From Elainellaceae cyanobacterium (GTDB taxonomy: Bacteria; Cyanobacteriota; Cyanobacteriia; CAZCXK01): DNA of 36,891 bases. Numbering within the stretch: position 1 is the first letter of the stretch; every line of letters begins with the position of its first letter. Where the stretch lies: assembly GCA_051117555.1 (NCBI GenBank), contig JBNPEG010000035.1, positions 27,180 through 64,070 on the forward strand, in the 5' to 3' direction. This document shows, piece by piece, positions 20,451 to 29,709 of the stretch. Both the position numbers and the translations under genes were made by a program. The notes below the pieces were generated by a model. That model did no database searches. It saw nothing but the letters and a program-made list of their open reading frames with translations, and had not been told where the DNA came from.

Positions 20451-21026
20451 ATGAGATTTTTTCGACGCTCTGTTCTGAAAGCAATTTCTACTATCGGATT
20501 AAGCCTAGGTCTTACCTTGATTTTAGGATTATGTACTGCGTCTGATGCATTAGCACTGGGAGGGCCACAGCCTCCCATAGGACAGCCTGCACCTGCCTTC
20601 TCGTTGCTGACTAACAGCGGCGATGGTGAGATATCACTGTCTGACTATCAAGGCCAGTGGGTCGTTGTTTACTTCTATCCGCAAGATTTCACGTCAGGCT
20701 GCACCCTTGAAGCGCGGAGGTTTCAGCAAGATTTACCAAAATATCTAAAGCGAAATACACAAATCCTGGGCGTGAGCGTAGATGATGTCGATTCTCATGC
20801 AGATTTTTGTGATTCTGAAGGGCTTCGATTTCCGTTACTTGCAGATGTAGATGGATCGGTGAGTCAGGCATATGGGTCTTGGCTGGGGTATCGCTCTCTC
20901 CGTCATACCTATCTGATTGACCCTGATGGCATCTTAAGAGAGCGCTTCTTAGGAGTTAGACCGGCAATTCATAGTGCTGAGGTATTGGCTCGGCTAGATG
21001 ATCTGCAAGCTGAACATACATCCTAA
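20451..21026 (+). CDS. Peroxiredoxin (PrxQ/BCP family) with Tat-like signal peptide
   Basis: YFYPQDFTSGCTLEA, ILGVSVD, FPLLAD, RHTYLIDPDG; N-terminal FRRSVLK, hydrophobic stretch, ALA. Confidence 0.92.
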   Translation: MRFFRRSVLKAISTIGLSLGLTLILGLCTASDALALGGPQPPIGQPAPAFSLLTNSGDGEISLSDYQGQWVVVYFYPQDFTSGCTLEARRFQQDLPKYLKRNTQILGVSVDDVDSHADFCDSEGLRFPLLADVDGSVSQAYGSWLGYRSLRHTYLIDPDGILRERFLGVRPAIHSAEVLARLDDLQAEHTS

Positions 21027-21067
21027 TGCCGGTAAGTTTTGAGTTAGGTGGATGAGGTGGGCTAGGG

Positions 21068-21907
21068 CTAGTTTACAAAATCATGTCGAGCATGCTGAGT
21101 GTGCTGAAGCGTTTCCTCGAGAGTCTGCCAATCATCGCGCTCGATCGCAGAAATAATCTGGTTCAGATGGTCGCGATAGATATGGAGCGATCGCACCAGT
21201 TCGGTTTGATTATATTGAGCCATCATTAACCCTAGTTCTGGATTGCCTCCTCCCACTCGACTCGTGTCTCGGAATCCCGAACTAGCAAGGATTTTAGCAA
21301 GTTTGAGAACACGGGAATCGTCTTCTTTTAAGCACGCTGTAATCAGGCTGGCACTAACCATGACGGGCAGATGAGAAATCCACGCGACTGCGCGATCGTG
21401 GTCGCTGGGCTGACAGTGATAGACGGTTGCGCCGAGCGATCGCGCCAGTTGCATGACAATATCAACGCTAGAGGTGGGAGTGTGATCGATGGGGGTCAAA
21501 ACATAGGAGCGATTGATAAATAGATTGGCCTGCGCTGCATCTAGCCCGTGCTCGGCTGTCCCCGCCATCGGATGACCGCCTACAAAGTTAGACCATATCG
21601 GGGCGATCGCATTGACAACGGGGGTTTTCACCGAACCAACATCTGTCAAAATCGTGCGAGGTGCAAGGTAAGGGAGCAGCGTACGAACGGTAGGTTCTAA
21701 AGCTGCCAGCGGCGTGCACAGAAAAATTACATCAGCGTCTGCCATCAGCATTGGCTCGGCGCTGGCATGGTCGACCATGCCCCGAGCGATCGCCTGCTGG
21801 CAGGTTTCAGCCCGCCGACTCATGCCTAAAACGGTATGCTGCTGCGCCTTAAAATCAATTGCAAGCGATCCGCCAATCAATCCGAGTCCAACAATTCCGA
21901 TGATCAT
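21068..21907 (-). CDS. tyrA: Prephenate/arogenate dehydrogenase
   Basis: GIVGLGLIGGS, TDVGSVK, GGHPMAG, HDRAVAWISHLP, SGFRDTSRVGGGNPELG. Confidence 0.95.
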   Translation of the reverse strand: MIIGIVGLGLIGGSLAIDFKAQQHTVLGMSRRAETCQQAIARGMVDHASAEPMLMADADVIFLCTPLAALEPTVRTLLPYLAPRTILTDVGSVKTPVVNAIAPIWSNFVGGHPMAGTAEHGLDAAQANLFINRSYVLTPIDHTPTSSVDIVMQLARSLGATVYHCQPSDHDRAVAWISHLPVMVSASLITACLKEDDSRVLKLAKILASSGFRDTSRVGGGNPELGLMMAQYNQTELVRSLHIYRDHLNQIISAIERDDWQTLEETLQHTQHARHDFVN

Positions 21908-21923
21908 AGCGACTTGCTTCCAT

Positions 21924-22322
21924 TCACTTTAGGGAGACGGCTGCGATCGCCAAACATCCCCATCCCACAATCAATGAAAGTCCACCTAAGGGGGCGATCG
22001 CTCCAAGCCACTTGATGCCAGATATGCTTAAGGCATAGAGACTTCCTGAAAAAATAACAACGCCCACGATAAACGCAACTCCTGATGCTGTAATCAACGC
22101 GTGAGCAGACTCGGCGCGGCTCAGAAGTAGGGCAACGAATAGAAGCGCAATCGCATGATACATCTGATATCGAGTGCCCGTTTCAAATATCTCAAGAGAG
22201 CGATCGCTCAGAGTATTTCGTAGCGCATGAGTCGCAAAAGCCCCACCCGCAACCGATAGCCCTCCAAACACCGCTGCGATCGCTAGAAAGATTCGAATCA
22301 TAGCCGATATGGGATCGTTCAC
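21924..22322 (-). CDS. DUF423 family membrane protein
   Basis: GAFATHAL, FETGTRYQMYHA, FSGSLY, LGAIAPLGG. Confidence 0.92.
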   Translation of the reverse strand: MNDPISAMIRIFLAIAAVFGGLSVAGGAFATHALRNTLSDRSLEIFETGTRYQMYHAIALLFVALLLSRAESAHALITASGVAFIVGVVIFSGSLYALSISGIKWLGAIAPLGGLSLIVGWGCLAIAAVSLK

Positions 22323-22358
22323 CTGTTGTTGAGCAGCGGAGTAGATAGTCCAGAATGT

Positions 22359-23246
22359 TTAGCTGCCTTCAAACGCCTCTGGCTGATGGCGATCGTCAGG
22401 AACACAATATGAACACCAATCGCTCCAGCTACCTGCATAGAGTTTAGCGTGTTCGATGCCCGCACAGGTAAGAGATAGCAAATTCACACACGCGGTCACT
22501 CCGGAGCCACAATAGACGATGATTTCATCTGCTTGACGAAGGGGTGTCCATCGCTGTTGCTGTTCATGGGGCGATCGCATCAATCCTCGGTCGTCAGTGA
22601 CCTCGTGCCAAGGATAATTGACCGCTCCGGGAATATGCCCTGCGATCGGGTCAATTGGCTCCCGTTCCCCCCGATAACGAGCCGCTTCGCGCGAATCTAT
22701 AAGTACGACTCTCTCCGTGTCTTTGCGGTCTTTCACATGATGAATATCAACTATCCGATCAGATTGAATATGCAAATCAAGGTGTCCAGATTGCGGCGAG
22801 GGACTCTCTTGAGTAACTGGATAGCCAGTTGACTGCCAATGTCGGAAACCACCATCTAACACGGCGACTTGAGTGTGTCCTAGATATCTCAACAGCCACC
22901 ATAGCCGAGCTGCAAATGCAAACCGACTGTCATCATACGCAATCACTACGGTTGAATGAGCATCATCCCCCGACCGAACACCTGCTGACTCTAGTTTTTT
23001 GACCAATCGGTCGATATTGGGGAGGGGATGCCGTCCACCATGACGACCGACTGGGCTAGACAAATCGTGATTGAGATGAAAGTAGTGAGCGTTGGGAATA
23101 TGACCCTGTTGATACTCCTGATATCCACAGTTGGAATCAGCTAATGAAAAGCGACAATCTGCAATAACAACTTGAGGGGCATCAAGATTTTCGGCTAGCC
23201 ATGAGGCAGAAACGATGGGAGCAGATGTCGACGGTAAACTTACCAT
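22359..23246 (-). CDS. Two-domain rhodanese / thiosulfate or 3-mercaptopyruvate sulfurtransferase
   Basis: GHIPNA, GRHPLP, AARLWWLL, LDGGF, EPIDPIAGHIPGA, YCGSGVTAC, LYAGSWSDW. Confidence 0.93.
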   Translation of the reverse strand: MVSLPSTSAPIVSASWLAENLDAPQVVIADCRFSLADSNCGYQEYQQGHIPNAHYFHLNHDLSSPVGRHGGRHPLPNIDRLVKKLESAGVRSGDDAHSTVVIAYDDSRFAFAARLWWLLRYLGHTQVAVLDGGFRHWQSTGYPVTQESPSPQSGHLDLHIQSDRIVDIHHVKDRKDTERVVLIDSREAARYRGEREPIDPIAGHIPGAVNYPWHEVTDDRGLMRSPHEQQQRWTPLRQADEIIVYCGSGVTACVNLLSLTCAGIEHAKLYAGSWSDWCSYCVPDDRHQPEAFEGS

Positions 23247-23444
23247 AGTGGACTGCCAAATTGATAGAGATTAGGGTATCACGAGCATTCAAGACGAATG
23301 AATTGAGGACTGTCAAGTTTAGAGAGTCTGAATATTGAGGGATCGCCTCCATGCCCATGGCTTATAGGTATGACACCCTCTCTGAATCAGATTTTTCACG
23401 AGCGGTCTATTCATGCCTTAGAAACTGGGAACTCTCTTACTAGC

Positions 23445-23470
23445 AAGCGCATTTTTTAAGTGCGTTTTTT
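23445..23470 (+). terminator. Terminator-like hairpin with U-tract in a divergent intergenic region
   Basis: AAGCGCATTTTTTAAGTGCGTTTTTT. Confidence 0.35.
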
Positions 23471-23703
23471 AATAATGCTAGATTCTTACCGTCTCTATTC
23501 TCAATAAGGTGTGATCATCTATCCATTTTCCCAAAACTCGAACTCCGGGCTTATAAACTCCGTAAAAAAACTGATTTACCGCGCTGATGCATATACCATA
23601 CTGGAAATCGTGAACCCTCATGTTGGCTCAGTAGAGCGACGTTAAACGAAGTACATACCTCATCTATACTTGCACTTTCAGACAACTGAGGTGAAATCCG
23701 ACC

Positions 23704-24732
23704 GTGAATCTTTTTGAAACTGAACGCCCGAAAATTTTGGTGGTTGACGATCATCCTTCGAGTCGGATGACAGCAGGTGCATTGCTGTCTGTCGAAGGGT
23801 ACGAGGTCATAGAAGCGGATAGCGGGTCAAATGCCCTTGAGTGTGTATCTGACATCAATCCAGATCTCATCTTGCTTGATGTCATGATGCCCGGAATGGA
23901 CGGGTTTGAAGTATGTCGCCGTCTCAAACAGGATGAACAAACTCGATTTATTCCAATCATTTTTGTAACCGCGCTAAACGATCGTCGAGCCCGACTGCGG
24001 GGCATCGAAGCCGGAGGAGACGACTTTCTCACAAAGCCATTTGATCAGTTAGAACTGTCTGCACGAGTTAAGTCTTTGATTCGACAAAAGCGCCTCAATG
24101 AAGACCTAGATCATGCAGAGAAAGTTTTATTTTCAATCGCCCGCATCGTTGAAAGCCGCGACCCTAACACAGGAGATCACTGCGAACGTCTGATTGCGCG
24201 GAGCCGAATCTTCGGAGAATTCTTGGGGTTATCTCGCAATGAAATACGGGATTTAGTGTGGGGAAGCTATCTCCACGATATCGGCAAGGTGGGTATTCCA
24301 GATGCCGTCCTCTTAAAGCAGGGCAAACTCACTCCAGATGAATGGAGTATCATGCAGCAGCACGTCCTCATTGGCGAACGAATCTGCCAACCTTTGCGAA
24401 CCATGCGGGGCGCGATTCCGATTATTCGTCATCATCATGAACGTTGGGATGGTTCGGGGTATCCGGATGGACTCGTCGGTCAAGATATTCCTAGGCTGGC
24501 GCAAGTGTTTCAAATGATTGATATCTATGATGCGCTGACAAGTGAACGACCTTACAAAAAGGCGCTTTCACCTACAGAGTCATTAACGATCATGTCAGAA
24601 GAAACCGCAAAGGGATGGCGAAATCCGGACTTGATGAAAAAATTCGCAAAATTTATTCACGAAACAGAAATTTCTGGCGATGGGCTTGACTTGCCGGGTG
24701 CCATGACCCAACTTTCGTCGCAGGTGGCGTAA
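23704..24732 (+). CDS. Response regulator with HD-GYP phosphodiesterase domain
   Basis: REC: LVVDD, LLDVMMPGMDG, FLTKPF; HD-GYP: ESRDPNTGDHCER, LHDIGKVGIPD, HHHERWDGSGYP, DIYDALTSERPYK. Confidence 0.95.
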   Translation: MNLFETERPKILVVDDHPSSRMTAGALLSVEGYEVIEADSGSNALECVSDINPDLILLDVMMPGMDGFEVCRRLKQDEQTRFIPIIFVTALNDRRARLRGIEAGGDDFLTKPFDQLELSARVKSLIRQKRLNEDLDHAEKVLFSIARIVESRDPNTGDHCERLIARSRIFGEFLGLSRNEIRDLVWGSYLHDIGKVGIPDAVLLKQGKLTPDEWSIMQQHVLIGERICQPLRTMRGAIPIIRHHHERWDGSGYPDGLVGQDIPRLAQVFQMIDIYDALTSERPYKKALSPTESLTIMSEETAKGWRNPDLMKKFAKFIHETEISGDGLDLPGAMTQLSSQVA

Positions 24733-24864
24733 GTTTGATGTCTTTGACGGAAATATCGCAGGCAATACGTTCAAAATTGGTTCTCTAAAATAACTCTATT
24801 AAGGTTTCCTCAAAATGCATGATGTCCGGTATACTCCGTTCGGACGCATTTCTGGTTGATGAGC

Positions 24865-26286
24865 ATGGTAGCAGTAGCAATTCTTGCGGCAGGGCGTGGG
24901 ACGCGAATGAAATCTCGCTTGCCGAAAGTTTTACATCCCTTGGGGGGGCGATCGCTCGTCGAGCGAGTTTTGGAGAGTTTATCTGAGATAGAACCGACCC
25001 GACGCATTGTGATTGTGGGATATGAAAGCGAACTAGTCAAAGAGTCACTGAAACCTTATGCAGATGCCACATCGTCGCAGTCAAGTCTAGAATTTGTGGT
25101 GCAAACGGAACAGATGGGGACAGGACATGCTGCGCAGCAAATCATTCCGTCTTTACGCGATTTTGAAGGGGATGTGCTGATCCTGAATGGAGACGTGCCG
25201 CTGTTGCGACCCAGTACGTTGAGCCAATTGTTAGCAGCTCATCGAGAGCACCAAAATGCAGCAACCTTATTAACAGCTCAAATGCCTGATCCACGCGGAT
25301 ATGGACGCGTGTTTTGCGAGGGTCAAAACATCGTCACGCAAATTGTCGAAGATCGAGATTGCACAGCCGCTCAAAAACAAACCCGTCGAATTAATGCAGG
25401 CGTGTATTGTTTTCGATGGTCAGATTTGAAGCGGGTGTTGCCCCAGCTCGGAACCAACAATGACCAAGGTGAATATTATCTAACCGATGCTATTTCGCTG
25501 ATGCGCCCTGTCATGGCAGTCGATGTGGACGACCCTCGCGAAATTTTGGGCATTAATGACCGCAAACAGCTCGCTGCGGCACACACCATTCTTCAACAAC
25601 GCACTAAGGATTTTTGGATGGCGGCAGGGGTGACCTTGATTGACCCCGAAAGCATCACAATCGATGATAAGGTTCAGATTGAATCGGATGTCATTATCGA
25701 ACCCCAAACGCATCTTCGGGGGCAAACCGTCATTCAGTCTGGATGCCGGATTGGGCCAGGTAGTTTAGTTGAAAATAGCCGCTTAGGCGAAAACGTTACG
25801 GTTTTATATTCGGTGTTGACCGATAGCACGGTAAAAACGAATTCGCGCATTGGCCCGTATGCCCACCTCCGAGGGCATGTGCAGCTAGGGGAGGGATGTC
25901 GGGTCGGTAATTTTGTTGAACTTAAGAATTCGACGTTGGGCGATCGCACGAATGCTGCCCACTTGTCGTATTTAGGGGATGCAACCGTGGGCGATCGCGC
26001 CAACATCGGTGCTGGGACGATCACAGCAAATTATGACGGGGTGAAAAAACATCCCACCCAGATTGGCGATCGCACTAAAACTGGGTCTAATAGCGTATTG
26101 GTTGCACCAGTGACGCTCGGAGCAGACGTCACCGTTGCCGCAGGCTCGACCGTAACCAATGATGTGCCTGATGATTGTCTCGTTGTTGCTCGTGCCCGCC
26201 AAGTCATTAAACCCGGATGGCGGCTTCAGTCATCTGCCGAATCATCGTCTCCAGGCAATTTGCCTGCATCAGACCCAACATCCTAA
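24865..26286 (+). CDS. glmU: Bifunctional UDP-GlcNAc pyrophosphorylase / glucosamine-1-P N-acetyltransferase
   Basis: [34 protein letters not shown], hexapeptide repeats, [22 protein letters not shown]; start chosen at ATG 24865. Confidence 0.97.
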   Translation: MVAVAILAAGRGTRMKSRLPKVLHPLGGRSLVERVLESLSEIEPTRRIVIVGYESELVKESLKPYADATSSQSSLEFVVQTEQMGTGHAAQQIIPSLRDFEGDVLILNGDVPLLRPSTLSQLLAAHREHQNAATLLTAQMPDPRGYGRVFCEGQNIVTQIVEDRDCTAAQKQTRRINAGVYCFRWSDLKRVLPQLGTNNDQGEYYLTDAISLMRPVMAVDVDDPREILGINDRKQLAAAHTILQQRTKDFWMAAGVTLIDPESITIDDKVQIESDVIIEPQTHLRGQTVIQSGCRIGPGSLVENSRLGENVTVLYSVLTDSTVKTNSRIGPYAHLRGHVQLGEGCRVGNFVELKNSTLGDRTNAAHLSYLGDATVGDRANIGAGTITANYDGVKKHPTQIGDRTKTGSNSVLVAPVTLGADVTVAAGSTVTNDVPDDCLVVARARQVIKPGWRLQSSAESSSPGNLPASDPTS

Positions 26287-26296
26287 TCCGATGCTG

Positions 26297-27259
26297 CTAT
26301 GGGCGATAGGCTGTTTGCATGCCAATGTCTGAGTCGAGCGTATCGCCCCGCTCGATGCCGTCATGGTAGGCGGCAAGCAGTACGTCGCTAGTTTTGCCCC
26401 AGGCGATCGCCCCAGTGCGGTCAATTCCAATTGCTCCTAAGTCGCGATGATGTGCGCTTGCTTCTTTGAATGACCGCTCAAATGCTGCATGAAATGGCAG
26501 CCCGTCCGTGGTGCGAACGACAATCCGGGCTGCTAAACACTCATCAATAATGTCTTCGCCAATGCCAGTGCAGCTTATGCCTGCAAACGAGTTGGCATAA
26601 TTCCCGGCGGGCATCGCAGAATCGCTCACCCGCCCAATTCGCTCAAAGCCTTTGCCGCCGGTTGAGGTACCTGCTGAGATATTTCCCTCTCGGTCACGGA
26701 CAACTACTCCAATCGTTCCGCGTCTGGCATTAGAATCCGTAACCAATTCCTTTTCAGCGACTACGCCCGCCATCGCTCGTTGAAAATTTCCTGCTCTTTC
26801 TTGAATCCATTCGCGGAGACGGAGTTCTGTTAGGGGGTCATGGACTGGCACTCCAAGTTCTCTGAGCAACGTAGCAGCCCCATAATCTGACAGCACCCGA
26901 TCGGGGGAGTCTTGAAGAAAATGAGCTAAATTGATCGGATTTTTGACACGGGATACGTTGATGACTCCGCTAAATCGCTGTGCCATACCATCCATTAAGG
27001 ACGCACTCATGCGAACTTGCCCATCTGATTGGAGCACCGAACCCGTACCGGCATTAAAGCGGGGTTCGTCTTCAAGCAACTGACACCCTCGAACCACTGC
27101 ATCGTTTGCATGCTCCCCTTGAAGCAAGCGCGAGTAGACGTCGTCAACAACGGTGTAGAGAGATTGCCGCACGGCATCGGCTCCACCTTTGCCTTTCAAT
27201 GAACTTCCTGCACCACCATGAATAATGACCTTGGGCTGCACCGGATTGACTGATACCAT
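26297..27259 (-). CDS. iaaA: Isoaspartyl peptidase / plant-type L-asparaginase (Ntn hydrolase)
   Basis: IIHGGAG, FNAGTGS, G-TIGVV autocleavage Thr, TSTGG, GRVSDS, CTGIGE. Confidence 0.9.
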   Translation of the reverse strand: MVSVNPVQPKVIIHGGAGSSLKGKGGADAVRQSLYTVVDDVYSRLLQGEHANDAVVRGCQLLEDEPRFNAGTGSVLQSDGQVRMSASLMDGMAQRFSGVINVSRVKNPINLAHFLQDSPDRVLSDYGAATLLRELGVPVHDPLTELRLREWIQERAGNFQRAMAGVVAEKELVTDSNARRGTIGVVVRDREGNISAGTSTGGKGFERIGRVSDSAMPAGNYANSFAGISCTGIGEDIIDECLAARIVVRTTDGLPFHAAFERSFKEASAHHRDLGAIGIDRTGAIAWGKTSDVLLAAYHDGIERGDTLDSDIGMQTAYRP

Positions 27260-27279
27260 TACAAGATTTTCCTCATCGA

Positions 27280-28113
27280 TTAACGGTTGGTAGATTTGAA
27301 GGATTTTTTCTTAACGCCCTTTTTAGACTGCGATTTGGACGAATAAAACTTGTACTTGCTGATTTCTGTGTTTGCCGCCTTGACCACATTGATATCTGAA
27401 TCACGAAGTGCTTGTCGGATAAATGGAATCACCTTGGCAGATGGCATGTTGCCTAGCGATTCGATGGCTGTTTGGCGCACCGACGGATTTGGATCTTGGC
27501 TGAGCTTGCCTAGAGGCGGGATGGCTTTTTGAACCGCTGAATTACCTCGATTAGAGTCTGCTATTTTGCCCATCACCGATGCGACCTGCTTTCTAATTTC
27601 GCTACTTGGATGATTCACAAATTTGGACAATTCACCAATATCGGAAACTCGGTGAGACTCACCCATGTCGGCAATCGTATCGCGAACATTTTGGGAAGAT
27701 ACGGAAGAGTGGGGTTGAACCGGAGCTGCCCAGGGACGATATTGTGGGGTCGCCTCTGGGGTCACCTCTGGGGTCACTTCTGGGGGGGAGGCACTCGTTG
27801 GAGGAGTCTGGGCATCTGGGGCAGGTTTTGCATCCTGGAGCCGAGATTCGTAGTCACGCTTGAGCGCTTGAATATGATCCGCGTGTTGGCGGTTTAGCTC
27901 CTCGCTTTGCTGATGAAGCTGATGTTGATAATCCCGACGAATGGAGCTGACTGTTTCTTGAATTCGCGCGTCTCGCGATTTTTCTGCGTCTTCCGTAACA
28001 CGACGGCTTTGCTTGAGTTCTTGGGTTTGCTGAGATATTTTTTGTTGAAAGCGCCAATAGACAACAAAGGCACCGATGGCTAGACCGATGATAATTCCAA
28101 TTAAGAAACCCAT
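27280..28113 (-). CDS. Membrane-anchored coiled-coil protein with C-terminal HEAT repeats
   Basis: Start MGFLIGIIIGLAIG with GGAGGAG SD; Gln-rich coiled coil; Pro-rich linker; repeats LSQDPNPSVRQTAIESLG and LRDSDINVVKAA. Confidence 0.85.
   Translation of the reverse strand: MGFLIGIIIGLAIGAFVVYWRFQQKISQQTQELKQSRRVTEDAEKSRDARIQETVSSIRRDYQHQLHQQSEELNRQHADHIQALKRDYESRLQDAKPAPDAQTPPTSASPPEVTPEVTPEATPQYRPWAAPVQPHSSVSSQNVRDTIADMGESHRVSDIGELSKFVNHPSSEIRKQVASVMGKIADSNRGNSAVQKAIPPLGKLSQDPNPSVRQTAIESLGNMPSAKVIPFIRQALRDSDINVVKAANTEISKYKFYSSKSQSKKGVKKKSFKSTNR
27745..27786. repeat. 12-bp coding tandem repeat, 3.5 copies (PEVT units)
   Basis: TGGGGTCGCCTC TGGGGTCACCTC TGGGGTCACTTC TGGGGG. Confidence 0.8.
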
Positions 28114-28169
28114 GAACTCCTCCAGATTCTCCCAATGTATTGCAGGTTCTGTAGCAATCCCAAATGGGT

Positions 28170-28210
28170 TGTAATCGGTAGGACAGGAGGCGCCCGCCCC
28201 ACCGATTACA
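28170..28210 (-). repeat. 18-bp stem-loop (REP-like or 5'-UTR structure)
   Basis: Minus strand TGTAATCGGT-GGGGCGGG-cgcct-CCTGTCCT-ACCGATTACA; fully paired if three G:U pairs are allowed. Confidence 0.7.
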
Positions 28211-28542
28211 CACAATTCACAAGCGATTTAGGATCGCTATATCTAGTTTCTCTTACTTGAGGCAAATGATTGAATTGTATAATCATCTCCTCAATGTAGA
28301 GGATGCTCTACCCATTCATCTAGTCACGCGTGAAAATTTAGGAGAGGCTAATTACTCGGCGGGCGATCGCCGTCTTCGGCATCTCTCTGAGCAATATTTC
28401 ACATCATCCCAGCAGTCTGCCCATTTCTTGCGCCATGTAAAGGGGCTCTGACACACTGGACAGACTTTTGTTGGTAGATCAGACTTTGAACGTGAACGTC
28501 CCATTGGTAGTAGCGATGTAGGGTATAAGATAGAAGATTTTA

Positions 28543-28568
28543 TAGGACTTAATATTAGGACTTACGCA
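28543..28568. repeat. Solo TAGGACTTACGCA terminus of a cyanobacterial MITE/IS-derived repeat, partly duplicated
   Basis: TAGGACTTA-atat-TAGGACTTACGCA; recalled as a common cyanobacterial repeat end; no partner end in the window. Confidence 0.45.
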
Positions 28569-28708
28569 ATTCACGCTAGTTTGGTCTCCCAATTATGAGA
28601 TCGGATTGCCCCCGGTGGGGAAGACTTAGGGAGCCAAATCGCTGTATGAGGGAAACGCTCTTAGTTTTAAACCAGCGGTGATTAAACCGTAACATTCTGT
28701 AAGAGTTC

Positions 28709-29518
28709 ATGCTGGATGCAGTCAACCAAATCAGAATCATTCTCGTTGAACCCGCAGGATCTCTAAATGTCGGGTCGATTGCACGAGTGATGAAAAATAT
28801 GGGTCTATACCGGTTGACGTTGGTGAATCCGCACTGTGATCCGCTCAGCGCTGATGCGTTTCAAATGGCCGTTCATGCAGCCGATGTGCTGAGGTCGGCA
28901 GAGGTGGTGACAACCTTACCGGATGCTCTGGTGGGATGCCGCCGGGCGATCGCCACAACCTCGCGCGATCGCGCCTTAGAGATGCCGATAGACCATCCCC
29001 AAGCGGGCGTACGCTGGCTGCTTTCGTCGCAAATCAACCCGGCAGCGTCTCTAGACAGTGCCTTGATTTTTGGTCCTGAAGATCGGGGGTTAAGCAATCA
29101 AGAACTAATCTATGCTCAACGCTGCATTCGAATTCCGTCGAATCCGATTTATCCATCATTAAATTTAGCGCAAGCGGTCGCAATTTGCTGTTATGAGCTG
29201 TATCAGCTGAACCACGAGCAATTCGGAGCAACCAATGTCGACGATTCGCGCATATCTGGGTCGGAGAGGGATGCCATGCAGCCTGCGCATGCCGACGCTG
29301 CGCCACTGGAGGTGTTAGAAGGATATTTTCAACAGCTCGAAGCCGTACTGCTGAAAATTGGCTATCTCTACCCTCACACGGCTGAAAGCCGAATGGCAAA
29401 GTTTCGTCGATTGTTTAATCGCGTTGAGCCATCTGAGTCAGAAGTTGCGATGCTGCGGGGCATTTTAAGGCAGATGGAATGGGCGTTAAAAAACCACTCG
29501 AGTATGAATGCTGAGTAG
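28709..29518 (+). CDS. SPOUT RNA methyltransferase, TrmJ/LasT type
   Basis: IILVEPAGSLNVGSIARVMKNMG, IFGPEDRGLSN, YPSLNLAQAV, EVAMLRGIL. Confidence 0.92.
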   Translation: MLDAVNQIRIILVEPAGSLNVGSIARVMKNMGLYRLTLVNPHCDPLSADAFQMAVHAADVLRSAEVVTTLPDALVGCRRAIATTSRDRALEMPIDHPQAGVRWLLSSQINPAASLDSALIFGPEDRGLSNQELIYAQRCIRIPSNPIYPSLNLAQAVAICCYELYQLNHEQFGATNVDDSRISGSERDAMQPAHADAAPLEVLEGYFQQLEAVLLKIGYLYPHTAESRMAKFRRLFNRVEPSESEVAMLRGILRQMEWALKNHSSMNAE

Positions 29519-29709
29519 TATGGTGTTGATTTTCTTGCAGATCTTTGTAGTTAGGTGCAAGACTTTTCGTGAATAGCGTCATAATGTGCATAATTTAGTT
29601 CGTTGAGATTATTCTCAAAGAGTCCATAATCGTTAGATTTTCCTGGTTGTCGCTCACGGCTGCATGAATAGTCGTATCAATTGGATCAAAGGTGTCGGAG
29701 GTATGATGC

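Noticed and set aside
23247..23703. c-di-GMP (GEMM) riboswitch before the HD-GYP gene
   Set aside because: GGCAAAC/GAAA/GCAAAG core elements not found
28114..28215. N-terminal extension of the HEAT protein in the ORF track
   Set aside because: It runs through the hairpin; a strong SD supports ATG 28113
28257..28451. 64-aa + strand intergenic ORF
   Set aside because: No SD or recognisable motif, and it overlaps a hairpin; cannot be supported
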